Source of the DNA: Candidatus Eiseniibacteriota bacterium
GTDB taxonomy: Bacteria; Eisenbacteria; RBG-16-71-46; CAIMUX01; VGJL01
Direction: 5' to 3'
Assembly: GCA_041946735.1 (NCBI GenBank)
Contig: JBHGAY010000017.1
Location: forward strand, 56,009-120,008
Length of the DNA: 64,000 bases
Shown here in pieces: positions 58,415 to 64,000 of the stretch; positions within the stretch are counted from its first letter, which is position 1, and each line of letters opens with the position of its first letter. The notes below the pieces were generated by a model. That model saw nothing but the letters and a program-made list of their open reading frames with translations, was not told the DNA's origin and searched no databases. The position numbers were made by a program, and so were the translations under genes.

Positions 58415-59482
58415 ATGGACGACCCGGCCGCCATCGAGACATCGCAGGACGCTTATGTCGACGTGTCCGAGAGCTACGGACGAATCGCCTGCCTCCAGCG
58501 CCTCGTCCCGCTGATCCTCAGAACGAACGAGCACACCTACCTCTCCACCCCGGAACGCGACGATCCGCTGGGCGCCACGTGGCTGGAACTGGGATTGCGC
58601 GGTCTCGAGAATCTGCACGAGCGCTTCCGCCCGAAGGTCCGAAGAGCCGCCGTCATCGGCACCGGCAGTGGCCTCGACGCGATCGGGATCGCGGAGATCT
58701 TCTCGCCCGAATCGATCGTCGCCTCGGACATCCATCCCCGGGCCCTGGAGGCGGCACGCTGGAACGTCGCGGGCTACCTGCGTCCCGAGGTCCGGTGCGA
58801 GCTGCTCCGAAGTGATCTCTTCCGCGGGTACTCTTCAGACACCACCTTCGATCTCGTCTTCGAGAACCTTCCGAACGTTCCGGAGGACGAGGCGACGGGC
58901 GCGAGCCTCCTCGAAGGGATTCGCAGCTCGAGCTGCTACAACGCGTCGGCCTACGTGGCGGATCCGCTCGTCGATCGTCATCTCCTGACGCTGCACTACA
59001 ACTGCCTTCTCGAGGCGCGCGACCATCTGACTCCCGATGGCTGGGTCGTCTCGCTGATCGGCGGCCGGATCCCGTGGGCGGTCGTCGTGGAGACATTCCG
59101 CAAGGCGGGCTTCGGCGCGCGCGTCCTCGAGTTCGGGATCAAGACGCAGACCGAGCCCGGCATCGTCCTGGAAGGCTACGCGCGCGCGGAGGAGGATGGC
59201 TCTCCGCCGTTCCTGTACTACTACCCGCCCGAGTCCTGCCTGAATGCTCTCCCACGCGGGCGGGATGGACGCGGCGATGGCGCCGACCCAGCCGGCACGG
59301 TCGAGGAGGGGAACGCCGCCCTCGATGCGTTTCGCGTCAGCGCCCGCGAAGCGCTCGCGCTCCACCGCAGAGGAAAGAAGGTCTGCCACACCGTCTACGT
59401 CGTGGGGGGGCACGCCCTGGGGGGCCGCGTCGCTGGAGGGACGCCGGCAGCACGCGCGACACAGGCGCCGCCTGCGCAATGA
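58415..59482 (+). CDS. SAM methyltransferase resembling methionine S-methyltransferase (MmtN/MMT-like)
   Basis: Motif I VIGTGSG, SDIHP, SDL, ENLPNV, IGGRIP and C-terminal VSAREAL...CHTVYV. Family assignment is from recalled motif order. Confidence 0.65.
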   Translation: MDDPAAIETSQDAYVDVSESYGRIACLQRLVPLILRTNEHTYLSTPERDDPLGATWLELGLRGLENLHERFRPKVRRAAVIGTGSGLDAIGIAEIFSPESIVASDIHPRALEAARWNVAGYLRPEVRCELLRSDLFRGYSSDTTFDLVFENLPNVPEDEATGASLLEGIRSSSCYNASAYVADPLVDRHLLTLHYNCLLEARDHLTPDGWVVSLIGGRIPWAVVVETFRKAGFGARVLEFGIKTQTEPGIVLEGYARAEEDGSPPFLYYYPPESCLNALPRGRDGRGDGADPAGTVEEGNAALDAFRVSAREALALHRRGKKVCHTVYVVGGHALGGRVAGGTPAARATQAPPAQ

Positions 59483-60207
59483 CCGCGCCCGAACCGTTCA
59501 CCGATCCCGAAGCGATCGACCGGATGGAGGCGGAGCACAGGCCGCTCTGGTCGGCGTTCGTCCGCAGCTTCTCCCCCCTACTCTTTCCCGGCGCCCGTGT
59601 GCTGGATTTCGGCTGCAGCGGAGGGGGACTGCTCCGCCTGCTGTTCGAACGGCAGACGGAAGGGGCCATCCCGGAGATCGCGCTCGCCGCCGGCATCGAC
59701 GTCGACGAGCCGGCGATGAGAACCGTCCTTGCCCGCGCTGCCGGTCGTCCTCCACGGGATCTCCCGATCGTCTTCACAACGGGGCGCCTCGCCGCCTTCC
59801 CGGAGCAGTTCGACCTGGTCGTCTCGCACGAGGTGGTCTATCTCCTTCCGGATCTCCGCGAGACATTTGCGGAGATCCGAGCGGCGCTCCGCGATCAAGG
59901 GCACTTCTGCTTCACGACCGGGTGCCACACGGACAATCCGCTCTTCGCGCGATGGAGGCGCTCGCTCGAGGCCGAAGGCGTCGCCGTCCATGCGCGTGCC
60001 GCGGACGCGTACGAGCGGGCGTTGCGCGATGCCGGATTCATCGAGATCCGAGACGACCGGCTGCGCCTGCGCGAAGAGGAGTATGCCGCCTGGGCCGCAG
60101 CCCGTGGCACGGCGCAACCGAATCCCGCCTGGTTCGCGAGCTCGGCCGAGGAGCGCGACTATTACGTCCGAACCGGCAAGCTGCTTCTCACCGCGCAGAG
60201 GGGGTGA
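59479..60207 (+). CDS. Class I SAM-dependent methyltransferase
   Basis: VLDFGCSGG, GIDV and FDLVVSHEVVYLL motifs; ATGA-coupled to the upstream gene. Confidence 0.85.
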   Translation: MTAPEPFTDPEAIDRMEAEHRPLWSAFVRSFSPLLFPGARVLDFGCSGGGLLRLLFERQTEGAIPEIALAAGIDVDEPAMRTVLARAAGRPPRDLPIVFTTGRLAAFPEQFDLVVSHEVVYLLPDLRETFAEIRAALRDQGHFCFTTGCHTDNPLFARWRRSLEAEGVAVHARAADAYERALRDAGFIEIRDDRLRLREEEYAAWAAARGTAQPNPAWFASSAEERDYYVRTGKLLLTAQRG

Positions 60208-62393
60208 TGAGGATGGGCGGGTACGATCCGGCGGCGATCGAGCCCAAGTGGCAGGAGCGCTGGCGGGAGAGACGCACCTTCGAGAGCCGGCGCGACCCGG
60301 CGCGCCCGAAATACTACGTGTACAATCCAGCGCCTTACGTCACCGGCGCGCTGCACATGGGACATGTCCGCAACTACGCCTGCGGGGACTTCGTGGCGAA
60401 GGTCCACCGTCTGAAGGGGGACGCGGTCCTCTACACGATCGGCTTCGACGCGTTCGGCCTGCCGACGGAGATGGCGGCGATCCGCAACTCCGTCGCGCCG
60501 GAGCAGTGGACCGCGGACTGCCTCGAGCAAATGCGGCGGCAGCTCTCCGCTCTCGGATGCGGCTTCGACTGGTCGCGCTCCTTCCTGACCTGCGAGCCGA
60601 AGTACTACCGGTGGACGCAATGGATCTTCCTGCAGCTCCATGAGAGAGGGCTGATCTACAGCACGGTCGGGACGACCCTATGGTGTCCGGAGTGCGACAC
60701 CTCGCTCGCGCGCGCGCAGGCGGAGGAGGGGCGCTGCTGGATCTGCGGCTCGACGGTCGAGCGCCGCCGGGTGCGCGAGTGGATGCTGCGCGTCTCCCCT
60801 TACCTGGGGCGCCTGCTGCGCGGCCTCGAGAAGACCACCGACCGCAGCGGTCTCGCAGAGCAGGGACAGGGCAACCTGATCGGCCGCCAGGACGGTTTCG
60901 CCGTGCAGCTCCGCGTCGAGGGGGTGAGGGAGCCGCTCACTGCGTTTCTCCCCGACGGCGCCTCGTGGGCGGCGCCGTGCGTGATCGCCGTCGACGCGCG
61001 GGACGAGGAAACGCTGGCCGCTCTCGCCGCGGGCGGGGGCGGGGGTGAGGAGGGAGCGCCGATCGCCCCGGCGCTCGCCGATGCGGTGCTCGCCGCCCTG
61101 CCGGGCGCCCGGCTGACCGGCTGGATCGCGGTCGAGGAGCGGACGGGGAGGCGTCTGCCCGTCGTCGTCGCCCCGCTCTCCGATCCGGCCTTTCTCGATC
61201 AGCCGCTCGTCGTGCCCCTCGCGCAGGCGGCCGGCGAGGGCGCCGCGCCACGGTCGCCAGCGCCGGGCTTCCCGCCCATGACCGTCTACCGGCAGAAGGA
61301 CTTCTCGATCTCGCGCCAGCGGCTCTGGGGCACGCCGATCCCGATCGTCCTTTGCGAGACGTGCGGCGAGGTGCCGGTGCCGGTCGAGGAGCTTCCGGTC
61401 GTGGCGCCCGGGCTCACGATCGATCCGGGCACCGGCCGCCTGCGCCGCGAAGGGGATTCCTGGGACCTCCGGCGATGCCCGCGCTGCGGAGCGCCGGCGC
61501 GGCTCGACCCGCAGGTGATGGACTGCCACATGGACTCCATCTGGCATCCGTTCCGCCCATGCGCGCTCGAATCGACCGAGTTCCTCTTCGATCCCGACGA
61601 GGTCCTCTACTGGATGCCGGCGGACATCATCCAGTTCGGCCGCGACGTGATTCCCTTCATGCTCGATCTGCGCTTCTTCTCCTACTTCCTGCACGATCTC
61701 GGGCTCGTTCCGTTCGAGGAGTTCTGCACGGAGGTGCTGGCGCACGGGCTGATCCTTCACGAGGGACGGAAGATGAGCAAGCACCTCGGGAACGCCGTCA
61801 CGCCCGAGGAGGCGATCGAGCGGTTCGGCGCCGACGCGCTGCGCTTCTACGCCCTCGCGCACGAGGAGCCGAAGAGCGACTGCCGCTGGTCGGAGGAGGG
61901 GATCGATCGCTACCGCGCGCTCCTCGCAACCTTCCATGGCCTCGTCGCATCGGCTCCGGCGGTGGAACGACCGGCCCCGCCACCCGCGACGAGGGACCGG
62001 GAGCCGGGGGCGCGCCGCAGCAAATACGCGAACGTATTCCTGAAGAAAGTCGCCCGAGAGATCGAGGGGCTCGCTTCGTACGTGGAGGAGACGCGGTACG
62101 ACCGCTACGCGAGCGGCGTCGCCCGGATGATCTCCTCGATGGAGTTCTTCGCGACGAACCATCTCGCCCGCGAGCGCGATCCTCACGTTTCGCGCCTGTG
62201 GCGATCGATCCTCGAAGACGCCGTGGCGTATCTCGCTCCCATCGCCCCGCACCTGGCCGAGGAGTGCTGGGAGATGCTGGGGAAGGAGGACTCGATCTTC
62301 TCCGCCGCGCGCCCGCCGGCGGTCACCGCACAGGCGATCCGGGACTTGCTCGAGGACTCGCGCCACATCACGACCCAGGGAAGGGACGCATGA
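60207..62393 (+). CDS. Divergent leucyl-tRNA synthetase paralog (class Ia)
   Basis: IEPKWQERW, LHMGH, FDAFGLP, YYRWTQWIF, SRQRLWGTPIP, KMSK and PIAPHLAEE motifs; ~728 aa. Confidence 0.9.
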   Translation: MRMGGYDPAAIEPKWQERWRERRTFESRRDPARPKYYVYNPAPYVTGALHMGHVRNYACGDFVAKVHRLKGDAVLYTIGFDAFGLPTEMAAIRNSVAPEQWTADCLEQMRRQLSALGCGFDWSRSFLTCEPKYYRWTQWIFLQLHERGLIYSTVGTTLWCPECDTSLARAQAEEGRCWICGSTVERRRVREWMLRVSPYLGRLLRGLEKTTDRSGLAEQGQGNLIGRQDGFAVQLRVEGVREPLTAFLPDGASWAAPCVIAVDARDEETLAALAAGGGGGEEGAPIAPALADAVLAALPGARLTGWIAVEERTGRRLPVVVAPLSDPAFLDQPLVVPLAQAAGEGAAPRSPAPGFPPMTVYRQKDFSISRQRLWGTPIPIVLCETCGEVPVPVEELPVVAPGLTIDPGTGRLRREGDSWDLRRCPRCGAPARLDPQVMDCHMDSIWHPFRPCALESTEFLFDPDEVLYWMPADIIQFGRDVIPFMLDLRFFSYFLHDLGLVPFEEFCTEVLAHGLILHEGRKMSKHLGNAVTPEEAIERFGADALRFYALAHEEPKSDCRWSEEGIDRYRALLATFHGLVASAPAVERPAPPPATRDREPGARRSKYANVFLKKVAREIEGLASYVEETRYDRYASGVARMISSMEFFATNHLARERDPHVSRLWRSILEDAVAYLAPIAPHLAEECWEMLGKEDSIFSAARPPAVTAQAIRDLLEDSRHITTQGRDA

Positions 62394-62409
62394 CTGGGAG
62401 AAGGGACGC

Positions 62410-63222
62410 ATGACGCAGACCGTATTCGATCGATTTCGATCCGCCTTGGCGTCCGGAATCGAACGGCTGGAACGCGCCCGTCGGAGCGGCGAGCCGCGCG
62501 CGCTCTGGCGGGAGGCTCTCGCGCTCGAGCACGTGATCCAGTGCGACCTCCTCTCCCTTCGAGAGGAAGAGGAGGTGATCGGCACGCTCGAGCCCGAGCG
62601 AGTCGCCCTCTGTCGCGACATCTTCTGCGTCCTCGAGACGCAGATCGAGAGCAGCTTCGCCGCGATGGCGCTGTCCGGCGGCGACGCGGTCCTCGCGCGG
62701 ATCGACGGGATCACCGAGAACTACCTGGTCCGCTACGAGGAGCTGGCGCGAAAGGAGATCGCGCTCGCCGGGATGACGGGGCGCGATCGCGTTCTGTTCA
62801 TCGGGAGCGGCCCGCTGCCGATCACCGCGATCGAGTATCACCGTCAGACGGGGTGCGAGGTGGACTGCGTGGACTTCTCGCCGCAGGCGATCGACACCTC
62901 GCACGAAGTGCTAGGGCGCCTGCGGCTCGATTCGGCCATCCACCCGCAACTTCTCCGCGGCGAGAACGTCCCCGCCGGCGGCTGGACGGTCGTCCTGGTC
63001 GGTGTGCTCGCCCGTCCGAAGAGGGAGATCTTCGAGAATCTCGCGAGGGTGTGCCCGGACGGCTGCCGCGTTCTCGCGCGGACCACGTTCGGCCTCCGCG
63101 GCCTGATCTACGAACCGATGGGGTGGGATCCCGCGAGCCTCGGCGGCTTCCGGATGACCGGCACGAACGAGGCGCGAGCGGACCAGATCATCTCGGCGAT
63201 CGGCTACGTGCTGGGGCGTTGA
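62410..63222 (+). CDS. Nicotianamine synthase-like aminocarboxypropyl transferase
   Basis: Y..RYEELARKE, VLFIGSGPLPITAI and RTTFGLRGLIYEP motifs. Confidence 0.8.
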   Translation: MTQTVFDRFRSALASGIERLERARRSGEPRALWREALALEHVIQCDLLSLREEEEVIGTLEPERVALCRDIFCVLETQIESSFAAMALSGGDAVLARIDGITENYLVRYEELARKEIALAGMTGRDRVLFIGSGPLPITAIEYHRQTGCEVDCVDFSPQAIDTSHEVLGRLRLDSAIHPQLLRGENVPAGGWTVVLVGVLARPKREIFENLARVCPDGCRVLARTTFGLRGLIYEPMGWDPASLGGFRMTGTNEARADQIISAIGYVLGR

Positions 63223-63235
63223 GGCGGGCGGGGCG

Positions 63236-63802
63236 TCAGAGGTCCAGCTCGTCGCTGACCCCCTGCATCGCGACCAGCGCAATCCCCGCGAACTCGGCCG
63301 TATCGATGCCGATCTCCTCGCACTCCCGGATCGTCTCCCGGTTCACGCTCGAGGCGAACCGGTCGTCCTTGATCCGCTTCGCGACCGACTTCGCTTTCAC
63401 GGAGGCGAGCTTCTTGTCCGGCAGGATCAAGGCGGTCGAGACGATGAGGCCCGTGATCGTCTCCCCGGCGGCGAGGGCGTGATCGAGACGGCTCTGGCGC
63501 GGTTCGGTCGTCGATAGCCGGTTGTGCCGGCGGATGGCGGCAACGACCTCCGGCTCCACCCCGTTCGCCTCGAGGATCGGCGCGCTCCGGCTGCCGTGAA
63601 CGGCAGGATCGGCCTGCGTGATCTCGATGTCGATGTCGTGCAGGAGTCCGGCGATTCCCCACACGTCCGGGTCCTCGCCGAGGCGCGCCGCGAGAGCGCG
63701 GAGCACCGCCTCGGACGCGAGGCTGTGTTTGAGGATTCTCGGGTCGGCGACGTGCTGCCGGAGTAGCGCCAGCGCCTTCTCACGATCGATGCCCGCGGAC
63801 AT
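63236..63802 (-). CDS. HDIG/HD-domain hydrolase
   Basis: KHSLASE, GLLHDID, RRHN and FASSVNRE motifs. Confidence 0.85.
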   Translation of the reverse strand: MSAGIDREKALALLRQHVADPRILKHSLASEAVLRALAARLGEDPDVWGIAGLLHDIDIEITQADPAVHGSRSAPILEANGVEPEVVAAIRRHNRLSTTEPRQSRLDHALAAGETITGLIVSTALILPDKKLASVKAKSVAKRIKDDRFASSVNRETIRECEEIGIDTAEFAGIALVAMQGVSDELDL

Positions 63803-64000
63803 GCGTTCCTCCCGGCTGGAAAATCGTCCGCGAAGGATCGTACCAGACGGGCAGCCGTCGCGGAAGCGGGCGGGCGAACCGCATGGCTATCGCTGCGCGA
63901 CGATTCGCATCCCGAGAGTGCGCAGCAGTCCGCCGCCCAAATCCCAGCGAAGCTCGTCGGGGGCTTGCCCACTGACCCGCAGGCGACCCTCGTGGATCAG

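Noticed and set aside
58370..63222. Integrative element inserted at the tRNA
   Set aside because: No integrase or duplicated tRNA 3' end is seen within the window, and composition looks like the flanks. An att site beyond 64 kb cannot be excluded.
1..64000. CRISPR array, rRNA, transposase or prophage genes
   Set aside because: No regularly spaced repeats or recognisable motifs seen.
63803..64000. Possible gene fragment at the right edge
   Set aside because: Too short to support a call.

Overview
High-GC bacterial chromosomal window. The many secreted proteins with FlgD/T9SS-like tails and xWGxx(R/K)xL(Y/F)R tails suggest an FCB-affiliated candidate phylum such as Eisenbacteria or Latescibacterota (inference). 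Most of the window is housekeeping or catabolic: dusB-cdd-deoC, nadE, tryptophanase, asnB/ArnT, rubrerythrin-FeS oxidoreductase-DUF3501, a 2-oxoacid dehydrogenase/lipoate operon, and lexA with a GAAC-N4-GTTC box. It also holds a set of large secreted proteases (three C25, one each of C1A, M4/M36 and M1). The stand-out locus is 55.8-63.2 kb. A sigma70-like promoter precedes a tRNA gene with a UAU anticodon whose D-loop is interrupted by a ~175-nt structured insert. Next come an MmtN-like methionine S-methyltransferase, a second SAM methyltransferase, a LeuRS paralog with a remodelled amino-acid pocket and degenerate editing domain, and a nicotianamine-synthase-like enzyme. Two divergently transcribed secreted paralogs each carry a single ATA codon at the equivalent position. 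The layout resembles a pyrrolysine-style tRNA + synthetase + amino-acid biosynthesis cassette, but that function is inference and untested. All family calls come from motif reading, not database searches.
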